Source: Promethearchaeota archaeon (GTDB taxonomy: Archaea; Asgardarchaeota; Lokiarchaeia; Sigyniarchaeales; SOKP01). Taken from it: a stretch of DNA of 64,000 bases. The notes below the pieces were generated by a model. It saw only the letters and a list, made by a program, of their open reading frames with translations. It was not told the origin of the DNA and searched no databases. This document shows, in pieces, positions 9,089-19,144 of the stretch (its first letter is position 1; each line of letters begins with the position of its first letter). A program made the translations under genes and the position numbers. Where the stretch lies: the NCBI GenBank assembly GCA_048938005.1, contig JBHLMQ010000004.1, positions 98,796 to 162,795 on the forward strand, given 5' to 3'.

Positions 9089-11005
9089 TTAGGAAAGATC
9101 AAATGCAAATATGGTGACCCCTCCCTCTATTCTCTTAAGTTTAAGTAAATATCCTGAATTATTAATAATATGAAGCATTGGTTTGTTCTCAAGCAGGATT
9201 GAACCAGTAAATGTCCTATAATTAAGCTCTCTCCCGATTTGTACTAAATAATTTAATAAAAACTTTGTTATTCCTAACCCTCTCCACTCTCTATGAACAA
9301 CAAACGCTAATTCAGCAATAGAGGGTTGATGTGCTTTGAAAAAAGCCCCTAAAGCAATAACCTGGTCTTCTTTAGTTCCACTAAATTCCCCTACAAGGAT
9401 CATATCTGTTGAATAATCAATATTAACCATTGGTTGGATTTTTTTATGCCGAAAATCTTTGACAGGAGTAAAAAATCTTAAATATCTATCTTCTTCATCT
9501 AAGGAATAATGAAGTTCTTGAATCATTCTTTCATCTGTAGGTTTAACAGGGCGTATTTTTATAGTTTTTCCATTTTTAAGTTTTAAGAGAGTTTCATACT
9601 TTTCTGGATAAATACTAATTCTCCCATCAATAGAAATGGGTAATTTTTGGTCTGAATACGCATACTTCCATTTTTTTGCTTGGTCTAGTAATTCTTCACG
9701 AAAATCTGGATGCGCAATATTAATCATTTCAAGGACTCTTTCTCTAATACTTTTCCCATAAAGATAAGCAATACCCCATTCAGTTACTACATAATGAATA
9801 TCTCCTCTCGTTATTACTACACCCGACCCAGATTGAAGATAAGGAACGATTCTAGAAACTCTAGTTCCATCTTTTAATGTTGCAGTAGAAGCTAAGGTCA
9901 TAATTGGCTTTCCGTCTATTGCTCTTCCAGCACCTCTAACAAAATCAACTTGACCTCCAATGCCGCTATAAAAGCGGTGGCCTAAGGAATCTGAATTCGC
10001 CTGTCCTGTTAAATCAACACTGAGAGCAGCATTTATAGCTACTTGTTTATTATTTTGGCTAATTATAAAGGGATCATTTGTATAATCACAAGGATGGAAT
10101 TCTACCATTGGATTGTCATCTACAAAATCATAAAGCCTTTTAGATCCCATTACAAAAGAACAAATAATCTTATCTTTATGTAAAGTTTTTTTTTTACATG
10201 TTATTACTCCTTCTTCCACAAGATCTACTATCCCATCTGAGAATACCTCACTATGAACTCCTAAATCCCGTTTTTCCATTAGTTCTCGTGTAACTGCATT
10301 TGGAATTTGACCTATTCCCATCTGAATTGTAGATTCATCCTCAATTAAAGATGCAACAAATTTCGCTATTCTAGTAGAAACATCATCAGGCTCACCATAA
10401 TAAAATTCGATAATGTCATGATCACTTAAAACAAAAGCATCAATATCATTCATATGAATAAAAGAATCACCTAAAGTACGCGGCATTTTTGGATTAATTT
10501 CAGCTACCACATATTCAGCTGATTCTGCAATTGGTTTGACAATATCCACATTAATCCCATAACTACAAAATCCATATCTGTCTGGGGGACTCACTTGAAT
10601 TAATGCCGTATCTAAATGCATCTTTCCAGATTTGAATAACTTTGGAATTTCTGAAAGAAGCATTGGGGTATAATCTGCCTGCCCTCCCTCCACATATTTA
10701 CGTAGTGATTTACCGATAAAAAATGCGTTATGCCTAAATAAATCTTCAATGCCACCAGCAGTTTCATAATAATCTAAATCACTAAGGCTAAGAAAATGTA
10801 AGATTTCAATATCAGGAAGTTTTAATCCGAGTTCAATTAATTTCTTGGTAAGATCAATAGGTTCTGAACAACCAGAATCAATAAAAATACGATTTCCTGG
10901 TTTGACAAATTTACTTATTGCTGTATCAAATGATACTTGCTTCTGATTATATTCTTTCAATAAGTTTAACAAATTTTGATTAGAGTTAAATGGCATAAAA
11001 ATCAC
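9089..11005 (-). CDS. Acetyl-CoA hydrolase/CoA-transferase fused to C-terminal GNAT acetyltransferase
   Basis: QMGIG, HSE, SGIGGQVDF, VVTEWGIA; C-terminal AELAFVVHREWRGLGI. Confidence 0.92.
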   Translation of the reverse strand: MIFMPFNSNQNLLNLLKEYNQKQVSFDTAISKFVKPGNRIFIDSGCSEPIDLTKKLIELGLKLPDIEILHFLSLSDLDYYETAGGIEDLFRHNAFFIGKSLRKYVEGGQADYTPMLLSEIPKLFKSGKMHLDTALIQVSPPDRYGFCSYGINVDIVKPIAESAEYVVAEINPKMPRTLGDSFIHMNDIDAFVLSDHDIIEFYYGEPDDVSTRIAKFVASLIEDESTIQMGIGQIPNAVTRELMEKRDLGVHSEVFSDGIVDLVEEGVITCKKKTLHKDKIICSFVMGSKRLYDFVDDNPMVEFHPCDYTNDPFIISQNNKQVAINAALSVDLTGQANSDSLGHRFYSGIGGQVDFVRGAGRAIDGKPIMTLASTATLKDGTRVSRIVPYLQSGSGVVITRGDIHYVVTEWGIAYLYGKSIRERVLEMINIAHPDFREELLDQAKKWKYAYSDQKLPISIDGRISIYPEKYETLLKLKNGKTIKIRPVKPTDERMIQELHYSLDEEDRYLRFFTPVKDFRHKKIQPMVNIDYSTDMILVGEFSGTKEDQVIALGAFFKAHQPSIAELAFVVHREWRGLGITKFLLNYLVQIGRELNYRTFTGSILLENKPMLHIINNSGYLLKLKRIEGGVTIFAFDLS

Positions 11006-11162
11006 ACATAATACATCATAAATACATTTAATTTAGTACTTACATGATTTTAAATATAATTATGAATGAAATTTACTAATTCCTGTTAAATAAACAATAA
11101 TAAATATTTGATTTCTTTCTAGAACTTATATTCTCATAAAAATCGATCTTCTTAGATTACAC

Positions 11163-11501
11163 ATGGTAAAAGATAAAGTTGATATTGAAGATTTAGAAGC
11201 TTTCATTAATGGTTTAAAGGATTCTTTTGATACATTAGAAGGTCTTGATCCTACAAAATCAAGAGGATTCCAAGCACAATTAGCAAAGGCAATATCAGAT
11301 TTAAGGTTAAAAAGAGCAGCGAAAATTGAACCTCTTCCAAAACATATTGGCCATTTTACAAAAGAAGATCTTAAAAATTATTTATTAAAGGAATTAGAAT
11401 CTTTACAAAATCTTTTAGATTCTTCTGACTATAATCGCAGAAGAAAATTTGATCTAGTAATGAAAATTACTAAATTAAGAGAGCAAGTAAATAATATGTG
11501 A
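11163..11501 (+). CDS. Hypothetical protein
   Basis: 112-aa helical ORF upstream of tatD. Confidence 0.6.
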   Translation: MVKDKVDIEDLEAFINGLKDSFDTLEGLDPTKSRGFQAQLAKAISDLRLKRAAKIEPLPKHIGHFTKEDLKNYLLKELESLQNLLDSSDYNRRRKFDLVMKITKLREQVNNM

Positions 11502-12304
11502 ACACTTCATTTTTTTTAAATCTTAAAAGAAATCTAGAGGTTTTGAAGACGTTAATAGATATCCATTGCCACGCTAATCTTTATTTAGTTATTGATGAAA
11601 TCATTAAAGAAGCAAAAAAAGTAGGCGTCGAGAAGATAATCTCAGTTGGGATGAGTATTCTTAGTTTAGAAAGGATATTAGAAATTTCTGGCAATTATAG
11701 TATAATATATCCTGCATTAGGTATCCATCCAGAAGAAATCAAGATGAATAAAAATGTTGAAAAACAATTAAATTCAGCAGTTAATTTAATTAGAAATAAC
11801 AAAGAAAAGATTTGTGCTATTGGAGAGATCGGATTAGATCACCATTTTATCAAAGAGCAGGAATTATACCCACTTCAAAAAAAAGTATTTGAAAAAATGC
11901 TTTCATTAGCACAAGAATTAGAATTACCTGTTAATTTACATACAAAGGGAGCAGAGAAAGAAGTTTTTGATGTTCTTCCCTCTTATAAAATCCCCTACGT
12001 GAATATTCATTGGTATTCTGGACCTGAAGAATTTTTGAATGCTGGAATTGATAGAGGATATTATTTCTCAATTAATCCAGCAATTAGTTATTCTCCAGCA
12101 GTTAAGAAGACTGTTTCAAAAGTTAATAAAGAATTTATTTTACTTGAAAGCGATGGTCCTGTTAAATACTCGGGAAAAATTGGTACTCCTGCAATGATTA
12201 GAGATGTGTTAAATACAATCTCTAAAATAAAAAAAATTGATACTAAAGAATTAGAAAAACAAATAGAAAATAATACTAAATTAGTTTTCCCAAAAATCTT
12301 TTAA
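11498..12304 (+). CDS. tatD: TatD-family deoxyribonuclease (true start probably slightly downstream)
   Basis: IDIHCH, GIHP, AIGEIGLD, LESDGP motifs. Confidence 0.92.
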   Translation: MNTSFFLNLKRNLEVLKTLIDIHCHANLYLVIDEIIKEAKKVGVEKIISVGMSILSLERILEISGNYSIIYPALGIHPEEIKMNKNVEKQLNSAVNLIRNNKEKICAIGEIGLDHHFIKEQELYPLQKKVFEKMLSLAQELELPVNLHTKGAEKEVFDVLPSYKIPYVNIHWYSGPEEFLNAGIDRGYYFSINPAISYSPAVKKTVSKVNKEFILLESDGPVKYSGKIGTPAMIRDVLNTISKIKKIDTKELEKQIENNTKLVFPKIF

Positions 12305-12403
12305 GAAATAATAATAAAGTTCAATTCAATCAATTATTAAGATTCCAACATCAAAAATATGGTAATAAAAGTTATTTTATTTCTTTTCTAATTTTATATT
12401 TAA

Positions 12404-13279
12404 CTAATTAAGTTTGTCAGCGATAATAAATACATGATGTTCTGGTACAGCGGGTTCATCAATTCCAACATATTTAGTTTCAATCACATCAAATCCATAT
12501 GATTTCAGGAGTTTTTCCCAATCTTCTATTTTAAGAAAATTAAGAGGTACATTGATATCTTCGTTCCCAATTACTCGATTATAGAACCAATCAACAAAGC
12601 TATTAGTAATCCTAATATAATCTTTCTCAATATAAGCTTCTTTGATCAACAAGCGTTGTTTAGTTACTCTTGTTGCTTCTTCCAATAGATGTTCTGGGTC
12701 ACTCGCATGATGTAACACAGTATATAGAATGGTAGTGTCTACTTCCTCATCTGCTAGTTGTATCTTACCTTCTGGTTTATATAATAATAGTGGAAGGTCT
12801 GTATAATTATAATCTACAACATCAACTAATACTACTTCTTTATTAAGCTGTTCCTTTATTTCTAATGCTAAAAGGCCATTTCCTGCACCTAGATCAAGAA
12901 TTTTATTACCTACGATATAGTCTTTTATATAATCAAATCTTATTTTTGTATTTTTCAATTCGGTAGCCTTTATATCTTTATCAGTATCAACATGGTTCCT
13001 AATAAAATTTCTCAGTGTTTTTTCAACTTCAATAAGAGGTAATCCTTTTTTCAAACCCTTTGAAATAGTTCTATTTACATATAACCAAAAAACATTTCTT
13101 TTAAAAGAATTCACTTTAACACTTTTCATAGCAGAAAATAATAAAGATCGGATTTCATTCAAATATCGTCTATTTTCTTCATCTTTTTTAGTAAATATAG
13201 GATATATGATGCTTTCCACTATATCAATATCATTTTGATTAGCAGGTTTGTAAAATTTAATTCTTTCTTCTTGAATCAT
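12404..13279 (-). CDS. Class I SAM-dependent methyltransferase
   Basis: ILDLGAGNG, VLHH motifs. Confidence 0.85.
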   Translation of the reverse strand: MIQEERIKFYKPANQNDIDIVESIIYPIFTKKDEENRRYLNEIRSLLFSAMKSVKVNSFKRNVFWLYVNRTISKGLKKGLPLIEVEKTLRNFIRNHVDTDKDIKATELKNTKIRFDYIKDYIVGNKILDLGAGNGLLALEIKEQLNKEVVLVDVVDYNYTDLPLLLYKPEGKIQLADEEVDTTILYTVLHHASDPEHLLEEATRVTKQRLLIKEAYIEKDYIRITNSFVDWFYNRVIGNEDINVPLNFLKIEDWEKLLKSYGFDVIETKYVGIDEPAVPEHHVFIIADKLN

Positions 13280-13308
13280 TTACTTTTCACATTCATAAAA
13301 TTTTTAAG

Positions 13309-13355
13309 TAAGTGAGTATTTACTCACTTATAAATTTAATGAGTAATTACTCATT
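13309..13355. promoter_or_regulatory. Twin palindromic operator, probably for TetR
   Basis: TAAGTGAGTA-TT-TACTCACTTA (13309-13330) and perfect AATGAGTAATTACTCATT (13338-13355) between divergent methyltransferase and TetR genes. Confidence 0.8.
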
Positions 13356-13368
13356 TATTATTTTTATA

Positions 13369-13983
13369 ATGTCAAGCAAAAAATTTTCTCGAAATAAACA
13401 AGAAAAAATAGAATTAATTTATAAAACATTTTTTAATCTAATATTAAAAAGGGGATATCATAAGACAAGCACAAATCATGTTGCAAAATCAGCTAAGATC
13501 AGTATAGGTACGATTTACAAATATTTTCCAAAAGGGAAAGAAGATATTATAAGAAAATATTTTGAGGAATCAATGAAAGATTTTTTCAATCGAATAAACT
13601 TGATAAATATAAATAACGAAAATATTAGAGAATTTCTAAAACATTTTATTTTAGAATTATTTAAGAATCACGTTGAAAATAAAGGATATATTTTAGCTTT
13701 TAGATCTGCTATACAGTCAGATAAAAGACTGCTTGATTTACACATTGAGAGAATTTTTATTTTTTTCCAAGATACGGCGCAAAAATTAAGGAAGACAAAC
13801 GAAAACTTTAATCAAATTCCCGAAGAAAGATTGATTGAAATATTTATCTTTATTTATAATCTTATCAATGCAATTTTATATCATCATTTATTTCTAATGA
13901 AATTATTTGATACAGATGACAAATTAGTTGATTATTTATCGAATTTATTAGTTTTCTCATTGAAATATTTACTTACAATTTAA
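13369..13983 (+). CDS. TetR/AcrR family regulator
   Basis: GYHKTSTNHVAKSAKISIGTIYKYF HTH; start moved from 13312 to ATG 13369 because the upstream extension is the operator. Confidence 0.9.
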   Translation: MSSKKFSRNKQEKIELIYKTFFNLILKRGYHKTSTNHVAKSAKISIGTIYKYFPKGKEDIIRKYFEESMKDFFNRINLININNENIREFLKHFILELFKNHVENKGYILAFRSAIQSDKRLLDLHIERIFIFFQDTAQKLRKTNENFNQIPEERLIEIFIFIYNLINAILYHHLFLMKLFDTDDKLVDYLSNLLVFSLKYLLTI

Positions 13984-14073
13984 AGATAAATTAGAAAATA
14001 TATTCTATGATTTTTCTTCTCTTTTCATTATTTTAATAATTTCTTAGTTTAGATCTCCCGATAGGGATAAAAT

Positions 14074-15126
14074 TTATTTGCCTTTAATAGTTTTTTCTAT
14101 TCCTTCCCATAAACCTGATAAATAAATTGAACCAAGAGCTCGATCATATAATCCATATCCTGGTTTTCCATGCTCTCCCCAAATCATTCTACCATGGTCA
14201 GGGCGGATTGCTCCCGTAAATCCTACTTCAATGAAAGCTTTTATGACTTCATACATGTTAACATCACCGAATTCAGTAGGATGTTCAACTTCATAAAAAC
14301 TATATTCACCAGTGCGTTTGATGTTACGACAGTGAGCGAATGGAATGCGATCCATAGCCCCATACTTTCGAATACTTTTAACTAAATCTACTTTTGGATT
14401 AGCACTAAGAGTTCCTGTACAAAAAGTTATTCCATTTGATGGGCTGTCAATTAACTTTACAAAGCGATCCAATGCTGCCTCTTCGGTAATTATGCGTGGT
14501 AAATTAAATATAGACCATGGAGGATCATCAGGATGAATTCCCATTTTTACACCACATTCTTCTGCAACTGGAATAACTCTTTTTAAAAAATATTCTAAAT
14601 TTGACCATAATGTTTCTTCATTTATTTTAGAGTAAGCATCTAAAAGCTTTTCTAATTCTTTTTTGGTATATTGGGTTGCCCAACCAGGAAGCTCTAATGA
14701 TTCTTTCCCTAGATCAATATTCTTTACCTGTTTATGATTGTAACTAAGGACATTTGATCCATCTGGAGATTTCATAGCAAGATCAGAGCGCATCCAATCA
14801 AATACAGGCATAAAATTATAACATATTATTTTTATTCCAAGCGAACCTATATTTCGGATGCTTTGACTATACTTGTCTATAAACTCATCACGAGTTGAAC
14901 TTCCAAGCTTTATATCTTCGTGAACAGGTAAACTTTCGATTACAGAAAATTTCAATCCTACAGCTTCAATCTTCTTTTTTACCAAATTTAATTTTTCAAT
15001 AGGCCATATTTCACCTATTTGTACATCATATAAAGCAGAAACAATCCCGGCTACTCTCGGGATCTGTTTTATATACGCAAGTGGTATTGGATCATCATCT
15101 CCATACCATCTAAATGTCATTTCCAT
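14074..15126 (-). CDS. uxuA: Mannonate dehydratase
   Basis: MTFRWYG, ESLPVHEDIK, CYNFMPVFDW, IHPDDPP, RPDHG, GYGLYDRALG. Confidence 0.96.
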   Translation of the reverse strand: MEMTFRWYGDDDPIPLAYIKQIPRVAGIVSALYDVQIGEIWPIEKLNLVKKKIEAVGLKFSVIESLPVHEDIKLGSSTRDEFIDKYSQSIRNIGSLGIKIICYNFMPVFDWMRSDLAMKSPDGSNVLSYNHKQVKNIDLGKESLELPGWATQYTKKELEKLLDAYSKINEETLWSNLEYFLKRVIPVAEECGVKMGIHPDDPPWSIFNLPRIITEEAALDRFVKLIDSPSNGITFCTGTLSANPKVDLVKSIRKYGAMDRIPFAHCRNIKRTGEYSFYEVEHPTEFGDVNMYEVIKAFIEVGFTGAIRPDHGRMIWGEHGKPGYGLYDRALGSIYLSGLWEGIEKTIKGK

Positions 15127-15178
15127 TTTTCTTCACCTAAATGTAAGATTTATGGGAATAATATTTTTTTTTTAATAA

Positions 15179-16060
15179 TTAGACTCCAGAATAAGCTGAA
15201 AAACCTCCATCAACAGGGATTACCACACCGTTAACAAAGCTAGATGCTTTTTCATCTATTAGCCATAAAAGTGTGCCTAACAATTCTTCAGGCTCACCAA
15301 ACCGCCCCATTGGAGTATGATTGAGAATTTTTTCTGCTCGAGTATTAAATGAACCATCGTCATTGGTTAAAAGTGAACGATTTTGTTCCGTTAAAAAGAA
15401 TCCCGGTGCGATTGCGTTAACTCGAATATTAACTTTAGACATATGTACCGCTAACCATTGAGTGAAATTACTAACGGCTGCTTTTGCTCCACTGTAAGCT
15501 GGTATTTTTGTTAAAGGACGATAAGCATTCATTGAAGAAATATTAATAATTACTGCACCCTGTACATTTACCATTTTTTTAGTAAATACTTGAGTTGATA
15601 AAAATGTTCCAATAAAATTCAAATTGAATATAAATTCAATACTTTCCCTTTCTAAATCAAAAAAAGTAAAAACCCCATCATTTTTACTTATTAAATCTTC
15701 TTTCATCAGATATTCTTTTGATGTCGTCCCGTTTGGATGATTCCCACCAGCACCATTTATTAATATACTCCATGAACCAAATCCATCTGAAATAACCTTT
15801 TCAGCTTTCTGTAAACTTTCTAGATCTAAAACATCAGCTCTAATTGCTATAGCAATTCCTCCGTTTGCTTTGATCTTTTCTGCCACTTTCTCAGCTGCTT
15901 TTTTATTTAGATCAATAATAGCGACTTTAGCACCACATTTTGCTAAAGCTTCTGAAAAACATCCACAAATTACTCCACCACCACCAGTTATTACAGCAAC
16001 TTTATCTTTTAAATTAATCTTCAATGGTATTTTCATATTATTCTCACTAATTTTTATCAA
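15179..16060 (-). CDS. SDR-family D-mannonate oxidoreductase (fructuronate reductase)
   Basis: TGGGGVI, INGAGGNHP, YSGAK; adjacent to uxuA. Confidence 0.88.
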   Translation of the reverse strand: MIKISENNMKIPLKINLKDKVAVITGGGGVICGCFSEALAKCGAKVAIIDLNKKAAEKVAEKIKANGGIAIAIRADVLDLESLQKAEKVISDGFGSWSILINGAGGNHPNGTTSKEYLMKEDLISKNDGVFTFFDLERESIEFIFNLNFIGTFLSTQVFTKKMVNVQGAVIINISSMNAYRPLTKIPAYSGAKAAVSNFTQWLAVHMSKVNIRVNAIAPGFFLTEQNRSLLTNDDGSFNTRAEKILNHTPMGRFGEPEELLGTLLWLIDEKASSFVNGVVIPVDGGFSAYSGV

Positions 16061-16125
16061 AATTTAAATCTTTTAAAGAAAAGAGTAAAATAATGTATCT
16101 TAAGAAAATATTATATATTCAAATA

Positions 16126-17130
16126 TTAGTCTTTTTCCATTAAGTTAATAATTTCTTCCGGAAGTTCTCCTTTATTCTTCATGCGACTTAGCATATCTTT
16201 TACTTCACGGATCGTATTTCCATATATATGGAGAGAATTACTAAAATCTAAATAATGACCAATTTCAACATCTAATTGCTCAGCAACATATTTTTGAATT
16301 CTAATCATACCATTTACATTAGCTTCCCATGCTCTGAAGAGATCTCTGCTTCTCCAAGTAGTTTGCATTATTAATTTGGTATCCTTTATTCGCATATAAA
16401 TTCTCTGAAGACATGGAGGATCAATATGAAATGGATCTGCTAGTGGTCTCCAAGTTATTGCTTGTGCTCTGCGTGAATATGGTTTCTCTCTTAATTTCTG
16501 TACAATATAATTCATTTGATTAATTCTTGGAAAGTCAATAACTCCAATAGGAATCTGTTCATTTCCGATTTGTTCTGAGATTTTTTTATCCAAATCAATT
16601 TCAACACCATTTTTCAATTTCCAGATAGTAGCATCATGAGTACTTTTTACTTTTTCAGCTTTCAATAACTTTTGATGACTTTTTACATACTCATTATTCA
16701 CAATTTTTAAATTATAATTTTTATGAATGGTATCTTCAAGAGAGAATGGAGCGTAATTGAAAATTCTATCATGATAAGAGTATGGGAAACTCACACCCGA
16801 TTTATATATCAAATCATCATTTATACCATCTATAATTTCTTCAATATAACCACTCTGAATAGAACCGATTAAGTAGGTATCTGCCATACTACCATATACT
16901 TCATAAGAATTACCATATTTTGATCTAATTTTCATAAGCTTATTGTTTCGCCTGATAGGGTCGCTAAAAGGTTCGGTTATCTCAACTAACACTGTTGCAT
17001 CTTTAGAAGGGGGATCCTCCAGTTTGTCATATTCTGTTTTTATCTCATCACCGTTATAAAGTACTTGTCCAACAGCAGAGAGCCAAGCATCTCTAACATT
17101 TTTTTTTGAAATAAAGAAAACTTTTGCCAT
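16126..17130 (-). CDS. thyA: Thymidylate synthase (archaeal ThyA type)
   Basis: SRRAQAITW, DPPCLQ, WRSRD, ANV, SLHIY. Confidence 0.85.
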   Translation of the reverse strand: MAKVFFISKKNVRDAWLSAVGQVLYNGDEIKTEYDKLEDPPSKDATVLVEITEPFSDPIRRNNKLMKIRSKYGNSYEVYGSMADTYLIGSIQSGYIEEIIDGINDDLIYKSGVSFPYSYHDRIFNYAPFSLEDTIHKNYNLKIVNNEYVKSHQKLLKAEKVKSTHDATIWKLKNGVEIDLDKKISEQIGNEQIPIGVIDFPRINQMNYIVQKLREKPYSRRAQAITWRPLADPFHIDPPCLQRIYMRIKDTKLIMQTTWRSRDLFRAWEANVNGMIRIQKYVAEQLDVEIGHYLDFSNSLHIYGNTIREVKDMLSRMKNKGELPEEIINLMEKD

Positions 17131-17415
17131 TTCTGAACGTTCTAATAAATTATTTTAAACTCATATTGATATAGAGATTCTTTCTTTACAAATATTAGTA
17201 TTTATCTGTTAAATATTTAATAAACCTTAATCGAATTTTGTAAAAATTCAATTTAAATTTATTTAATTAGTTTTTTTGACGAAGTACAATCCAAATATTT
17301 ATAAAACCTAAATTTACATTATTTTATTATAAGAATATATTAATTATCTTTCAAAATTCATTCAAAAATATAAATAATAGGAGTATAAGAATTATATAAT
17401 TTTAAAGGTGATATT

Positions 17416-17589
17416 ATGGGTGGTTTCGGCAAAAAATTAAAGAAAGGATTTGCTAAAGTGGCTGGTGGCTTTGTAGAGGATATCACAGGTTCAGAAGCAG
17501 CAGGTAAAGGTGTGAAAAAAGCAGTAAAAAAAGGTAGCGTTAAAAAAGGCGTTAAGAAAGCATTTAAAGAAGCCACTGAAGATGATTAG
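17416..17589 (+). CDS. Small Lys/Gly/Ala-rich protein (57 aa)
   Basis: MGGFGKKLKKGFAKVAGGFVEDITGSEAAGKGVKKAVKKGSVKKGVKKAFKEATEDD; AGGTGA RBS upstream; T-rich tract downstream. Confidence 0.75.
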   Translation: MGGFGKKLKKGFAKVAGGFVEDITGSEAAGKGVKKAVKKGSVKKGVKKAFKEATEDD

Positions 17590-17709
17590 ATATAATTTAA
17601 AATTTTAATACATCTTTAAATTCTTTTTATTTTTTATTAACATTAAATTTTTAATAATTTGTTTCCTTTAAATTCTTAAGTTAATTGAGCTGAAGGGTTT
17701 GCTTGAAAT

Positions 17710-18000
17710 ATGAAACTGAATCTTGAATTTTCTCCCCCTTTTAACGAAGTAACTAAAAATCTGTTTGAAACACTTGAATTCGAAAAAGAATTAACATTAA
17801 AAGAACTAATAAATTTCTTTGGAAAAAAATATGGAGATTCGTTTAGCAATTTAGTATGGGAAAATGGAAAGGAGGGGGAATTCAACAAACTTCTTTCTAT
17901 AATTATTAATGGACGGAGTTATCGAGATGATAATTTTCTAGAAACCGAACTGAAGGATGGAGACCAAATTGTTTTTATTTACATCTATTTTGGTGGATAA
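17710..18000 (+). CDS. MoaD/ThiS/SAMP ubiquitin-like sulfur carrier
   Basis: IIING...ETELKDGDQIVF...FGG C-terminal diglycine. Confidence 0.88.
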   Translation: MKLNLEFSPPFNEVTKNLFETLEFEKELTLKELINFFGKKYGDSFSNLVWENGKEGEFNKLLSIIINGRSYRDDNFLETELKDGDQIVFIYIYFGG

Positions 18001-18043
18001 GATCTATTAATTTTTCATGATTCATTCTAAGCATTTTATTCCT

Positions 18044-19087
18044 TTAAAGTAAAAAAATTATCCACATTCCAAATCCAGTCAAAAAAGGATTTAAAATGTT
18101 ATCTGAAATATTTTTCGCAAATGCATCTACCAGTAAGAATAAAATAGTAGCAATTATTCCCATAAAAAGAATTTTCTCAATTCTCACAGGCATCCAGGGA
18201 TGATATAATAAAGAGATTATAATTACTATCATAAAGGTTGTTAAGCCGCCAGCGATAAATCCTTCTAAAGTTTTTTTAGAATTTGTTTTAAGGCTATGTT
18301 TTCCATATTTTTTACCTATAATGCAGGCTACAGCATCTGCTGCTGTAGTTATTAAGGCAACAGCTGCGAAGATAGGAAATGGCGCGAATATAAAAGGCGA
18401 AAAAGATAAGACCAATGGTGTAGATGCTATAAAAGTATCTAATTCGCATTGTTTCATATCCATATACCAACGCTTAGCCCATTTTGGGATCATATAAAAT
18501 TTATTTAATCGAGCCAGGTCTGCCACTTGAAACATAATTACAAAACCATAACCAATAGTGATTATCAACCAGAAAGAAAAACTGTAATTATCTAAACCCC
18601 ACTGAGTTAAAATACCAAGATCATCAAGAATCAATCCTAATGTCCAAAAGAAAAAAATTATAAAGCAAGTAAATAAATGTAAAAATTTTCTTCCTAATTC
18701 GCTTTTTAAATCATCTACCCAATTTTTATTAAATTCTTCACAAAATTTGCTATAATCCCTTCTTGCCATAATCTCAGGATTCCTTTTTGAAATAACATTA
18801 TTATGTATTAATGTTATAATAAAAAATCCCATTTCAATTAAAAAGAAGATAGACGTAAATAACCATAAAAAATTTAAAGTAATTTGGCTCAAATAAGGTG
18901 AATGAAAATTATACATAAAAGGATATAAAACTCCTGCCATTAAAAATAATAAAGCAATTAAAAGTTCATTCGCAAATAAATGCTTTTCAATTTTAATTTT
19001 TCTATTTTTTATAATATAAATTAATGTCAATAAAAAATAACCAATTAAAATTATGCTCGTAGGTAAAAAATACATATTGTTAAGCAT
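18044..19087 (-). CDS. Dolichol/phytol kinase-like (CTP-dependent) membrane protein
   Basis: RKFLH, ADAVACIIGKKYG, KKTLEG, SDN motifs. Confidence 0.85.
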   Translation of the reverse strand: MLNNMYFLPTSIILIGYFLLTLIYIIKNRKIKIEKHLFANELLIALLFLMAGVLYPFMYNFHSPYLSQITLNFLWLFTSIFFLIEMGFFIITLIHNNVISKRNPEIMARRDYSKFCEEFNKNWVDDLKSELGRKFLHLFTCFIIFFFWTLGLILDDLGILTQWGLDNYSFSFWLIITIGYGFVIMFQVADLARLNKFYMIPKWAKRWYMDMKQCELDTFIASTPLVLSFSPFIFAPFPIFAAVALITTAADAVACIIGKKYGKHSLKTNSKKTLEGFIAGGLTTFMIVIIISLLYHPWMPVRIEKILFMGIIATILFLLVDAFAKNISDNILNPFLTGFGMWIIFLL

Positions 19088-19144
19088 TAAAGCTGAATTA
19101 TTTAAAAATTTTTACTGCTATAACTCCAATATCCTCCTTCAAAT

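Noticed and set aside
17358-17576. 72-aa minus-strand ORF
   Set aside because: Antisense shadow of the plus-strand 57-aa ORF, which has an RBS.
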